This document shows, piece by piece, positions 26,521-39,118 of a stretch of 64,000 nt of DNA (position 1 is the first letter of the stretch; each line of letters begins with the position of its first letter). Below the pieces are notes generated by a model. It searched no databases and was not told the origin of the DNA. It was given only the letters and a program-made list of their open reading frames with translations. The position numbers were made by a program, and so were the translations under genes. This stretch comes from Lama guanicoe (lineage: Eukaryota). The DNA lies in assembly GCA_013239625.1 (NCBI GenBank), contig MU053304.1:2604001-2668000 (forward strand), written 5' to 3'.

Positions 26521-27379
26521 TAAAATACCACAAAGGCAACCTGTGGAGTGCTGAAAACACAGAGCGTCTGTGAGTGAAAACCGGACTCAAAGGGAGATCT
26601 ATTTTAGGGTTTGGAATATTTATGTTTAAAATAGTGTATACAGTACAATAGACTTTCAGCTTCTATTTAATAAGCTAAGAAAACATTAACATTTCTGGCA
26701 GCCACATCATAATTTTCTTATGTTAATTTTGCATGTTAATCAAAATACTTAAGTTCTTTTTATACTAATTCCTTTAAGACAGATACTATCTCCTTCCAGT
26801 TTCATATTTGTACATCACAGGCTTGTTAAAATAAAAAACAACATTATGCTGCTGGCGAATTTTTATTTGATTAACTTATTTTAGTTCCTCTTGTTGTTAG
26901 TAATCTGTTCTCTTCATAGAATTCAATTGTAATACAAACCATACTTTAAAAATTGTTTTGGTTTCATTGTATGCTAATTCTTTTTGAGTAATAAGCTTTA
27001 CATTAAAAAATTCTATGTTCATGATAAAGAACCAGACATACAAAAAAAAAACATAGAAAAGCTTGAAAATCCCACCACTCAAAAAAAAAATTATTAAATG
27101 ACCATCATTCAATCTCTATGTATAGATAAACAGATGGTAGATAGAACACATAGATTTAGGCACGTAGATGAAATAGTTTTATTAAAAATGGGATCATAAT
27201 ATAGTCAATATTAAGGCTATATTTATTTTTACTTAGATATAATGAATTAAAAAAAGCCTACTGCAGTACAAACAGACATGCTGAATAGGAGACAGATAAC
27301 TCTTACTTGTAGGAGTCATTATTTCCTTAATCATTGATCAAGATTAAGATGTTTCAGTTTAAAGGACTGAATAGACTGA

Positions 27380-28370
27380 ATGGGGTCAGTAGATTGTGCA
27401 GTGGTTTAGGTGATGATAGTTAGTTCGAAGGTGGTGGTGTTGGAAATGCAAAGAAAGGGATGGATTAGGCATTATCTTAGAAACAGACACACATCTACAA
27501 TATACATGGAAACTAGAAAGTCGTTAGCAGTCTAAATGATGGGTCTAGAGAAAATCACTTAGGGAGTGATGGAGTCCTTAAAAGATCAACAGACAACTTG
27601 CTAAAGCAAAACTAGAAACAACTACAGAAAGAGAGAATGCCATGAAGATGAAGTCTTAGCAGTGTATCAGAACCTGGGGAAGTTAGAAGTGGAATGTGTA
27701 CAGGGGGTTAGAAGCTGAGCTCCAGTGGTTGAAGGCAGATCTTTCAAGCAGAGGAACTGCTCAGGAGTGAGCAAAGTCTATGATATAATAGTCTAGGATT
27801 GGTGGACACAGAAAGCGAAGGGCTGGGAGTGACTCTTGAAATGTTGGACTGTGGTTGATAAGCTAGTTGATTGTATAGGTGAACAGTACACTGTCTCCAA
27901 TAAATTGATTTTGGGGACTTTTCCAAATCAAAAGACCTTATGTTTTCTTGGGCAAACAACTAAGTCTTGCTGACATAGGCAGTTTTATCAAAGTAATATT
28001 GCCGAAGAGGGCCTCAGTTCTCCAGAGAGAATGTGCAAGGAAGTGCGAAGTGTGGCTGGAACTAAGCACATGGAAACACCTAGTTTTAAAAGTAAGGTGT
28101 TGAGAGGAAAGCCTGGGCAAGGAAAATAATGAAGCGGCAGGAAAGACATCTGGAATGTTTAGTATCTTAGAATCCAGTGGAAGGAATTGTTGAATCGTGT
28201 GAAGATGTAAATGAAGTTGAGAATGGACAAATTCCCACTGGAGTTAAAACATGGACATTGCTGGCAATCTTAGGGGTCACCATTCAAGGGAAGCCAGATT
28301 AAATTAAGTTGAAGAATTAATCACTGAAGAAGTGGAGAGTGTATGTTTGAACTCTTGTGAGAGTTTAACA
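27380..28370 (-). mobile_element. L2 fragments
   Basis: Purine-rich reverse L2 motifs (gtggtggtgttggaaatgcaaagaaagggatgga; ggaagccagatt...gttgaagaat...aagtggagag). Confidence 0.5.
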
Positions 28371-29654
28371 GTTTCAAATTAATTTTTAGGAGATTTTTCT
28401 TCCCCCCTAGTTTTGAACATTTTAATAATATTAAATGCAATTAATGTAAAGAATATTAAATGTAATTACACATATAGAAAATGCAAAAGTATATAGTAGA
28501 CAATAACCATTGATATTTTTACCCACAGTAAGAAGAAAATGCTAGTAAAAAGTAAAGGAAACTGCCTTAAACAATACATAAATTGTTTTTGCCAAAGACA
28601 GTGTCCATAGGAACAGATTTACCAGCAAAACACCATCCAGGAACAGGCTTGCCATGTAGGGGCTGTGCTGCAGGTATTGACCTAAGTCAGGCTTTCTGTT
28701 TGCCTGTGATGCTACCATATTTTGTGGCAAAATTGGATAAATGCAACCATAAGTACTAAACAGAAATATAAACAGAAATATGTACATTTATTTTCACTTT
28801 TCAAAATTGTTTATTTTCTTTTATCCTTTTTTGTGTTTCCCGTGGTTGCTTGTTCCTGGTGGTGTCAGCACTCTGGCACAAAGGGCAGGGGTCCCTTTGA
28901 GATACGACTTTCTTGTTAAAAGTAACAGCTCCTCCGTTAAGATGCCTGGACTCTTGCTGATTACTCAGCAATATTACTTCCTTCTTAGGAAAGATGGATT
29001 CTTTTTTGTGTGTTTTTCTTTCTAGGTTCCCGATTCCTTGGATTCCTTGGTTTTCTAACTTTTGTCTGAATATGCTCATGATAATGTTCGTAGGTCATTT
29101 AATTCCTGTGTCAGCCCCTGCTCTGTGTTGAGAATTCCCTTCACCAGATGATGCATAACATACCAGTCTATGCTCTGTGGAGCTCAATAACTTGTCTGAG
29201 AGAGATGCATGGGAAAAAAAAGTCATACACCACTAGACAGAAACACAAATCTGTAAGTCATTTTGTCTCCTCATCTCATGACTCTTTAGTCTGCATTCTA
29301 TACACTTGCTTCATGGGAAGGGCATGCACAGTCTCTGCTTTATTCCCTAATATATCCCTAATTATTATTATTAAATATTATTCCCCAAAATACCCCTAGC
29401 AGATTGTCAGGCAGATACAGGTTCTCAGTTAATCTTGACTGAATAACTAAATGTGGATGTGATTAAAACAGCTTGGAGAATCAAAGATAAGAAGAGAGAA
29501 AGTCAAAGTAAAGATGAGGAAGACTTTGTCAGGGCGTGACGTGAGGCATTCTAGCAGGTGCTGTGGGTGTAATGATGTGGGGGGACAACAGGGCCTGGAG
29601 TGCTTGGGAACAGAAACAAAACACAGGTGTGGCAGGATGTGCAACTGGAAGGTG

Positions 29655-30095
29655 GAACGTGTTTCTTAGGGGAGGCTCTGGGGAATCTACTTCCAAGTTC
29701 ATACAGGTTGTTGATCATGTTCTGTCCCTCGTAGGACTGAGGTTGTTACTTCCTTACTGGTGGTCAGTCAGGGTACAGCCTTTGCTCCTACGGGCTGCCA
29801 CATTCCCTCTCCTGTGTACCATGAGCTTCTGTCTGGTCCTTGCACATGGGTTCCTACATCCCAGAGTCAGTAACAATGCATCACACCAATGTGTCCATGT
29901 GTGTGCTTCCAGTTTCCCCGAGTTTTCCTTCTAGTGTGTCTCTCTGACTCCAACTAAAGAAAGTTCTCTGCTTTTAAGGGCACCTGTGATCAGAGTGGGC
30001 CATCTGGGTAGGTCATCAGGATGACCACCCTGTTTTAAAGTCTGTAAACTGAATTATACCTGCAGGGTCCCTTTGGCCATGTGTCATGACAAGTA
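29655..30095 (-). mobile_element. MaLR LTR (MLT1D/E-like)
   Basis: ggaggctctggggaatctacttccaagttcat...gtaggactgaggt...gaaagttctctgcttttaaggg. Confidence 0.75.
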
Positions 30096-30899
30096 GAGCC
30101 CCTGACAGTTCACATGGCAATAAGACATTGGGAAGCAATGGAAGGAAATTAACAAGTGCCCTGGCAGGCACTCAATGTTAGTTACATTCCACTTTAGTCC
30201 TGCAAGAAAAAGAAGGATGTTTTCTCTCTTATTTTTTATTCCTAAAATTCTATTTATGTATGCTATTTTACATGCCTACACTGTATCATTTTTAGCTTAA
30301 TAACAGATATTGAAACCATATTATTTGTAAATAGTAATGTCACCAGTTTAAAGAGTGGGTCTGCTATTTTGTTATTTGAGAGTCAATTAAAAATAATTTT
30401 GAGTCATTCAATGTTTAATTATTATAGCACTATGTGGAAAAGTATAATTGGATAATAAATGATAAGCTTGCTCCCTACTACCCTCTGTGACTTGTAGATA
30501 TGACCTTTAAAACTGACTACAAAGATAAGTCTATACGTGAATAGTTTATGAAAACAAAGCAGAAACGTTTGATGATAAACATTGGCATTCTTCATCCAAT
30601 ATGCAAGATGAGTTAGCATGTAACAGGGATACTAACCATTGTGTTTGAAAATTAACTAAAAGATGTAGCCAAATCCAGTAGCATTATTTCATCAAAATAA
30701 TAAATATACAATCAAATCCAAATGAGTAATTATGTAAATATCACCCCACTTACACCAGTGAATCCTTTTTGATGTGGTCATAGTCACTGAAAATAAAATG
30801 AGGTGTAAACATTGCCTTACTTCTGTGTAGTGTCTGTGTATCCCTGCATAGAGGAAGTGGCAGAATCCTTTCTCTGTATGTATTTTGCGGCCTAGCTTA

Positions 30900-31200
30900 G
30901 ATTGTCCTCCCCTTTCCCCTTCTTCTCAGGTTAATTCTCTGGCCTTCCCCTGCTTTCATCTGAACGCCAAGGACATGTATTTCCCAGACTTTTTGCTCTC
31001 TAGGTTCTAGGTACTTTCAGCCAACGAGAAGCATTTGAGGAACCTAAGACAGTGCGGAAAAGGGAGAAGGCAAGGTGTTTCTCATTCTGCTTTCTCTGGC
31101 ATCTCTTTTCCAGCCCTGGAAGCCATCAGACAGACTTACTTTCACCAGGTGGTCCTCACCCTCGGGCTCTGGTATCCTTTTCCTTCTTTCTCCCTCTTTT
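30900..31200. mobile_element. Possible ERVL LTR33-like fragment
   Basis: cagccaacgagaagca...gggagaaggcaaggtgtttctc motif. Confidence 0.4.
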
Positions 31201-31848
31201 CATACCTAAGATAATGAAAGAAACTATTAGAAAGATACTAAAATTGTCATTGAAAGACAGTGTTTTAACCAAAGCTAAAATTTGTTTTTGATGCCTGTTG
31301 CCATTCCAGAATGACTTAAATTCTGTTGCCTTGAGTAGTAAAGAAGAATCAGACATATACTGTTGTTTAGAATATTTTGATGTCTAGTTTGAGGTATTTA
31401 CTGCCTGGCTTAGAGGTTCTCTATAAGTATGGCATGAAAAGATATGAAAAGCTAGCACATTTTGACTTTTAGTCTACTACCATTTCAAATGTTCATATCT
31501 TGACCTGTTGCACACTAATGGAGCATAAATCTTTTATCTGGTTCCCTATAAATAACTAGATTTTCATTTAAAGTCACTTTTAGTCACTCTGTTCAACAAG
31601 AAGAAGAGTCCATGCAGCTGTTGAAGAGCTTTTTTGTTCTGGGTGTCCTACAGAAAAAAAAAAAGTGGCACTTTAAAAGTCAATGTGTTAGCGTCTATTT
31701 GAGCCCATGGTTTCGCAGTATCCATAATAGACTAACGAAAGGCATGTTGGGAGTCAGTGGAATGTCAAACACCTTTCTTTTAAGTGTGAATTAATTTTTC
31801 CTCAATAAAATGTATTTTAATTATAAAACATTCATATTCATGGTACCT

Positions 31849-32941
31849 TTTTTAAACATCTTTTATTGATTTATAATAATTTTACAATGTTGTGAAAAAT
31901 TCTAGTGTAGAGCCCAATTTTTCAGTTATACATGAACATATATATATTCATTGTCACATTTTTTTTCTGTGAGCTATCATAAGATCTTGTATTTATTTCC
32001 CTGTGCTATACAGTATAATCTTTTTTATTTATTCTACATTTTGAAATCCCAGTCTATACCTTCCCACCCCCCGCCCCCTTGGCAACCACAAGTTTGTATT
32101 CTATGTCTATGAGTCTGTTTCTGTTTTGTATTTATGTTTTGTTTGTTAGTTTTTGTTTATTTTAAATTCCACATATAAGCAATCTATATCATATGATACT
32201 TTTCTTTCTCTTTCTGGCTTACTTCACTTAGAATGACATTCTCCAGGAGCATCCATGTTGCTGCAAATGGCATGTTGTTGGTTTTTATGGCTGAATAGTA
32301 TTCCATTGTATAAATATACCACTTCTTTTTTATCCAGTCATCTGTTGATGGACATTTAGGCTGTTTCCACGTCTTGGCTATTGTAAATAGTGCTGCTATG
32401 AACACTGGGGTGCAGGTGTCATCCTGAAGTAGGGTTCCTTCTGGATATATGCCCAGGAGTGAGATTACTGGGTCATATGGTAAGTCTGTTCCTAGTCTTT
32501 TGAGGAACCTCCATACTGTTTTCCACAGTGGCTACACCAAACTGCATTCCCACCAGCAGTGTAGGAGGGTTCCCTTTTCTCCACAGCCTCCCCAGCATTT
32601 GTCATTTGTGGATTTTTGAATTATGGCCATTCTGACTGGTGTTAGGTGATACACCTCATTGTAGTTTTGATTTGCATTTCTCTGATGATTAGTGATATTG
32701 AGCAATTTTTCATGTGTCTATTGATCATTTGTATGTCTTCCTTGGACAATTGCTTGTTTAGGTCTTTTGCCCATTTTTGGATTGGGTTGTTTGTTTGTTT
32801 CTTATTAAGTCGTATGAGCTGCTTATATATTCTGGAGATCAAGCCTTTGTTGGTTTCATTTGCAAAAATTTCCTCCCATTCCGTAGGTTGTCTTTCTGTT
32901 TTACTTATGGTTTCCTTTGCTGTGCAGAAGCTTTAAGTTTA
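31849..32941 (-). mobile_element. 5'-truncated younger L1 (ORF2 C-terminus plus 3' UTR)
   Basis: ORFs [31 protein letters not shown]... and MFIAALFTIAKTWKQPKCPSTDDWIKK; perfect 13-bp TSD attcatggtacct (31836-31848, 32942-32954). Confidence 0.95.
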
Positions 32942-33038
32942 ATTCATGGTACCTATTAACTTAATATTTTTAATTGCTGAATCAATATGTCCCTTAGCTT
33001 AAAATGCAGCATCCAGGCCTTGTTAAGTGCTTGTTAAT

Positions 33039-33121
33039 TATTATTAGAGCTCAAGTACACTTTTTATGTATTTTATCTGATATTATTAGAGCTCAATTAA
33101 AGTTTTCATGTATTTTATCTG
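33039..33121. repeat. Local tandem duplication, 42-bp period, 2 copies
   Basis: tattattagagctcaagtacactttttatgtattttatctg / tattattagagctcaattaaagttttcatgtattttatctg (4 mismatches). Confidence 0.85.
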
Positions 33122-33556
33122 GTGGTGATTATGGGGTCAAGGTGAAGGAGGTCAACACACCAAAATGCCTGTAATCAAAGTGGATTAGAAAGTGTTACTA
33201 GAGTTAGCAGCTCTGGATAGAACTTGATCATGATCTTGGAATTATGCATCTAAGCACCAGTGCACAGGACAGGACAGCGTAGTGACACTGGACAGCACAA
33301 AGGCCCTCTGGCAGCTCTCCAAAAAGCCTGATGGGGTTTTCAACATTTAGTTGCACTGAGGCAGCTTCACATGAAAATAAGGGAGAAAAACATGGTGGGC
33401 AAGTGGGTGTCTAGAAATACTACAGAGGTGCTTGCTCTATGCAACAAAGTGAATTGCGCACTTCTCTGGACTGTTTGCTTTTGCTTAAGAAGATAAACAG
33501 GAATGCCTTGGTATCAAGCTTCCATGTTTTTTTTTCTTTTAGCTTTAAGGTAGCAG

Positions 33557-33690
33557 TTTCTTTTTATTTTTTTATTTGAGGGAGGAAGAAGGTAATGTGG
33601 TTTATTTATCTAATGGAGATACGAGGGATTGAACCCAGGACCTCATTCATGCTAAGCATGCCCTCTCTCACTGAGCTACACCCTCCCCTC
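33557..33690 (-). mobile_element. tRNA-derived SINE (Vic-1-like)
   Basis: Minus strand: ggggagggtgtagctcagtgag...catgcttagcatgaatgaggtcctgggttcaatccc plus A tail. Confidence 0.85.
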
Positions 33691-33784
33691 CTAATCCTTG
33701 ATGATTATTTAAGCCACATATTCTCTGGGCTGCCTTCTGCTTAAAAACTAATATATTTCTTATTGTAAATGAAAAATGCCCCAA

Positions 33785-33801
33785 ATATATGTGTATATAT
33801 G

Positions 33802-33876
<75 letters not shown>
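33785..33876. repeat. Compound (TA)n(TG)n(TA)n microsatellite
   Basis: Directly visible. Confidence 0.92.
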
Positions 33877-33878
<2 letters not shown>

Positions 33879-34548
33879 CCTAATTAAGAAAATTGAATCA
33901 CCACTAAGGCCTGAATGCTGTCAAAATTTGGGACTTTATGTCAATCTCTTTCTTCCTCAGTTCCTCTCTCTCTTTATCATCTCTGGTATAACTTCTCTAC
34001 ATGATGGGGATACAAAAAACAACACATTTCTTAATTTTTTACAGAAATTAAAATCAACCTAAGGGCTCATCCCCCAAAACGGGAAGAAGTCTTGAAGGAA
34101 ACCTGAATGTGTGGCCATGGAGGAACTTTGTCCCGGCCCATTCTCTCTCTGCTCCACGTGGTCATTTCCAAACCGTAATCTCTCCATCCTTAAAAGTTCT
34201 TACCAAGCACCTTCCCTCCTTATACAATCTCTACTGACCTAAGATTGCTTTCCCTCCTTCTTTGCTGATTTTAGCTTCTGTTTCAGTGTCATTCTCTTCA
34301 ACTCTTGGTCTGTCGTAATTCTCAGTGATTTCCATATTCATGCAATCTGTCTCCTCCCTCAGTTCCTTCATCTCTTCTCCTCATGGAACCGTAGACCATT
34401 TTGCTTTTCATTCTCTCATTCCCATAACCACACTCTGGAAACCTTGTCACTACCCACAGCTGCATCTGCTCCATGATCTCCCCCTCTATCCTTCCCCATT
34501 TGATCCTTCTGGTACCTCAGTGTCAAGAAGTCTTAGCTTTTCACCACA

Positions 34549-34549
<1 letters not shown>

Positions 34550-34590
<41 letters not shown>
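34550..34590. repeat. (CA)n microsatellite
   Basis: Directly visible. Confidence 0.95.
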
Positions 34591-34592
<2 letters not shown>

Positions 34593-35044
34593 AATATATT
34601 TACTCTTCCAGGCTCAAAGACTATTTAATATCTTTTCTTTCCTTAAACCAAACATCTCCTCTCAGACAATAAATGAGAATGTTGTTGGGTTCAGGTGCAT
34701 ATAGGCAGGTAGATGTGGTGATTGGTGCTGTGGGATTTTTCTCTTATTTCTTCATTTGTTTCAATCAACTGAAAAGCAAGATTGTCATCTGTGAATAAAC
34801 ATGGGAGAGGAGAAGAGGGAGGGTGATCAACACCAGAAGCTGCATTGCTACAATTTATAAATCCCTGTGAAGAAGAAACAAGGATTATACTTCCATTTCC
34901 TACGAGAAAGCACCCAGCTATTGGTAACAGAGTGTTCTTTAGCGCCTGGGGTAGTAGGGGAGGAAGTAAACACCTCCCACGAATTCCAGATGAGTCAATT
35001 CCCCAACAAGGGGTGGCGTGGTGAGACAGTATGTGTGCAGGTTT

Positions 35045-35275
35045 TGCACAGGGATAAAGTACAGGGACTTTGATTCTGTCCTGCCTGGGTTGTAATTTTG
35101 ACCCTCTCACTTCAAACTGTGAGACTTTGGGCACATTATATAACCCCTTGGAGGCTTAGGAGTCTCACATAAGAAATGGGAATAATCTTGGGTTGGTTTT
35201 TGTAAGGATGGAGTCAGCTAACTTATGTAAATACGCCATCATCATGCAGGACACAGAGGAAGCACTCAACCAAGG
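35045..35275 (+). mobile_element. MIR SINE
   Basis: ctgcctgggttgtaatt...ctgtgagactttgggcac...aaatgggaataat...gcactcaa. Confidence 0.7.
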
Positions 35276-36379
35276 GAGCTCAGCAGGAACACATTCCTCA
35301 AAGTACACACTCAGTGTGGCACTTAGAGGAAAAGGTCAGCTGAGTTTTTCACAACTCAGCTTCTGTTTCAAGGCTCTGGTTGCCACATGGCAAAAAATGT
35401 GACTTTCATGAACTCACTGTAAATGCATCTATTTTGCATTCAGTGGATTGTTCCTCACCCATCTTCTCCCTGGAGTGATGACTTAATTCTGTAGACTTAG
35501 CATCGCAGCATTAGGAAAATTCTAGACTGTTCATACTGGCACTATCTGAAATGTAACAAATGTGGTCTGGTCCATATGCACAGCTGTTTTCCTACACTCC
35601 CATCCCTGCCCCCCTCACCCTCACCAGCCTGTCTGTTCTCCAGTCCACTGGTCCATTCTCTTCTCAGAGGAACTCTCCAGCCAAAAATCTCTGCATACAT
35701 ATTTTCCTGTTTATTGATGTTTATCTGTTGAGTGTCAATCTTACTTAATTACACTGTATGCTATAGTTAAGTATTGGGACATTTTCAATTCTCTTCATTA
35801 CTAAGTTTCCATTGCATAAAAGTTGGTTCTCAAAGATCTAGGTGTTTAATGAATATGTGGTAGGTATATGAATAAATGGAATTCTTCTCTAGATAAGCTA
35901 TATAAAATTAACCAATCACAGATTATATATGTGAAGCATTTGATTGGCCATAAATGATAAAATAGTTTATAGACTTATTATCAGTTTGACAAAGAGTATT
36001 TTATTGTTTTAATGTGTATTTCTTTCAGTTGTAACTTAATTTTGTCTCTGCTTTAACAGTAATTCATATTTACTCTTTTATGAATTATCTATTTTTTCCT
36101 TTGACAATTGTTTTACCATGAAGCTTATCATCCTAAATTATAAGATATTTACATGCCAAAACATATTTAAATATTTGTATTAAGTTATCATACTTGTTTT
36201 AATTTTTATAGTGATGCTTGACATAGAATTTTGAGATTTCATGAATTAAAAAGTTCTATCTTTTCTCTACAGTATTAGTTTATTCCTTTAACAAGTATGT
36301 ATTGACCAGCTTCTGTATGACATCTTAGTAAATGAAAGAAAAAAAAATTTCCAATAAGGCAAGAACTCGAAAGAAAGCA

Positions 36380-37290
36380 AAGCACATACAAAGGGAAAGA
36401 GACTGACTTGAGCAGAGTAGAATGGGGGAATTGGGTCAGAAAAAACATTGCCGAAGAGTTGACATTTGAGTTGAGAATGAGAGGATAAGAATGAGCCAGC
36501 CTTGTGAGTTGGCACTGAATTCCAGGAAAAGAAAAAAGAAAATGCTGAAGGAGCAAGGCTGGCACATCCAAGGAACAAGAAGGCCAGTGTGTGTGACTGG
36601 TTAGGTGATACTTAAGGATGTGGAGGAGGGAAGAGAGGGGTAGCATTGAGGGTTTGGATAAGCAGGGACTGGATCATGCAAGACTTTGAAATTTATGTTA
36701 AAAATCTTACAGGATATTCTAGTTGCACTTGGAAGCCATCGGGGTGTTTTAAACAGAAAGGAAAAATCCTTTTCAAAGGAATGTGGAAAACTGTACGATG
36801 GGTAAGGTAGAAGATGGCAAACAATTCAGAGATTACTGTAGATATCCACGCAAGAGGAGACAATGTAGTCTAGAAAAGTAGTCATGAAAATGGTGGGAAA
36901 AGTCAGATCTGAGATATATTCTGAAGGTAGGACCAACAGATAACAAGACTTTATGCATGGTTGGAGAAAAGTGAGAAATATTACCAAATAGGTGATGATT
37001 AAAAAGATTTGGGAAAAAAGTAGGGTTTGTTGGATATGGAGGTGGAGCAGTGGTTTGACGACGCTACTTAGAGATGTCTATCAGGCAGCCAAATGGATTT
37101 GATGAGTAAGCATTTGGATTGCTGAGGTAAGGCTCAGAGGAGAGGTGCATTGGGGAGATACACATACGGGAGTCATCAGAATATTAATACCATGAAAGTG
37201 CCCGTACTCACCATGGGAGAGTGTAGACAAAGAGGGGGTATCTCAGAGCTGAGTCATAGGTCCAGTAGTGAAGGGGGAAGTATCAAAGAA
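36380..37290 (-). mobile_element. L2 (L2a-like) 3' region
   Basis: tgacatttgagttgag...ggaacaagaaggccagtgtg...ggaagccatcggggtgttttaaacag...gagatgtctatcaggcagccaaatgga. Confidence 0.75.
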
Positions 37291-37339
37291 GGCACAGCAA
37301 TGACACTGGCTGCTTCCTTTGCTCGTGGTTTAGGAAGAC

Positions 37340-37990
37340 CCTGCCCATCCTGAAAGAAGACATTTACCAGTATTTCTTCCAGCTCTTTTGTGTGGTTATT
37401 CATTTAACTCTTTAATAGATTTTATTTAACATAATGTTGATAGATTTCTAACTTCATTTACTTTTTCAAATATGTAACTAATTGTTCAAGGACTCTACTA
37501 AGTAATTCACCACTTTCTCATTCATTTAAAATGACAACTTGATCATGAATTAAATTGCTCTATGTACTTGAGTTCACTTTTGGCTTTTTTCTTTTGTCCC
37601 ATTGTTTCTTCTATTCAAACACCAATAATAAACTTTTATTTGTGGTAACATTTTAATACTTTTTATTGTCTGCTCATGCAAATCCTCAATTATTGATCTT
37701 TCACAAAACGATCTTGGTTATTTACCTCCATTTATTTTCAAGTTAAATATTTAAATCATCTTGTAGCTTGTCAAAAACGTTCTCCATTACATTTTTAAAT
37801 GTTGTTAAATTACAGGTACACATTGCTTTTGAAAAAGTCACATATTTGCAATATTTTTTTTCACATAATAAATCTGATTTATCTCTTCATTTATTCAAGT
37901 CTTTTTAAGATGTCCATCCAAAATGTTTTTTTAGTCTGATTCCCACATTTAATCTGTATTCATTGTTTGATTCCTATTCCTAACTTTTTG
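37340..37990 (-). mobile_element. Old L1M ORF2 fragment
   Basis: T-rich reverse L1 ORF2 motifs (aattgttcaag...cactttctcatt...ttttgtcccattg...tctcttcatttattcaagtct). Confidence 0.55.
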
Positions 37991-38490
37991 AGATTAATAC
38001 CCTGGAATAAAAGAAAAAAGATTTAAACAAAACAATTCTTGGGAATAATCAGAGAAAAAGCTAAAGAGGCCTCATTATTATGACATTTGATAAGGTCTTA
38101 AAATATAAGGCCGTTCCAAGGCAAAGTAAGTTTGTATAATTATAAAACATTACCATACAAAGAAAGGCACTCTAGATAATAGATAGGTTTACCCTGATTC
38201 AAAGCTGAATCCACCCTAAGCAAAATGGGCGTTAATTACAATTATGTGCCTACAGTGTTGCTGTGGATTAAGCCAGGTCATGTATGCTAAGCAAGTTGTA
38301 TGTAAGCACTCAACAAATGAAACTTCTTAATATGGGAAAGCTTCTCGGGTGCATAATTAGGGTAAAGAGGAACTAGAATGTTGGAAAACAAGATGTTACT
38401 TTCATAGTAATATATTGTCTCTCTTCAACCTTACATCTTCAAATGCCTACATTTTAAAACATGCCTCTTTTTAAAATGGTATTTCATTAT

Positions 38491-39118
38491 TGTGTTAGAT
38501 TCCTGTGGCTGCTATAACAAACTGCTATAGTCTTGGGGGCTTAAAACAACAGAATTAAAACCAGCAATACTAAAGGTATTAGCAGGGCTATGCTCTTTCT
38601 GAGTGTTATAGGGAAGAATTTGTAATTTGTTCTTGTCTTTTCCAGCTTCTAGTGGCCATGGGCATTCCTTAGTTTCTGGCCACATCACTCTAATCATAAT
38701 TTTTTTCCCTGTGTCCCATGCTGTTTATTAATTGCCATATTTTAAAAACAACAATTAGGTTTGTTACAAAGAAGAGGATTTACCATCTGCAGTTCTTCTT
38801 TATTCAAGTCAGCTAGGCTTTCTTCACAGGTCCTTTGTGCCTTTTGGCCTTTCTTCTTAGGGCTAGCATTTTCAAATCTCTCTCTGCTCCATCTTCATGT
38901 TTTCTTCTGTGTGTGTGATCAACTCTCTCTCTGACTTCTTTTTACAAGGATGCATGTGATTGCATTTAGGGCCCACCTGGATAATCCAAGATAATCTCCC
39001 AATGTCAAGATCCTTAACTTGATCACATCTGCAAAGTCTTTGCCCTAGAAGATAACATTCCAGGGACTAGGACTTTATATATGGTGAGGAGGAGGTCAGC
39101 ATTTTTCAAACTATCACA
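38491..39118 (-). mobile_element. MaLR solo LTR (MLT1C-like), interrupted by a foreign insert of about 160 bp
   Basis: TG...CA termini, TSD attat/atcat, motifs ggcttaaaacaacagaa and gggcccacctggataatcca...tccttaacttgatcacatctgcaaagtc. Confidence 0.85.

Noticed and set aside
34691..35134. 147-aa minus-strand ORF
   Set aside because: Starts within a MIR and shows no homology.
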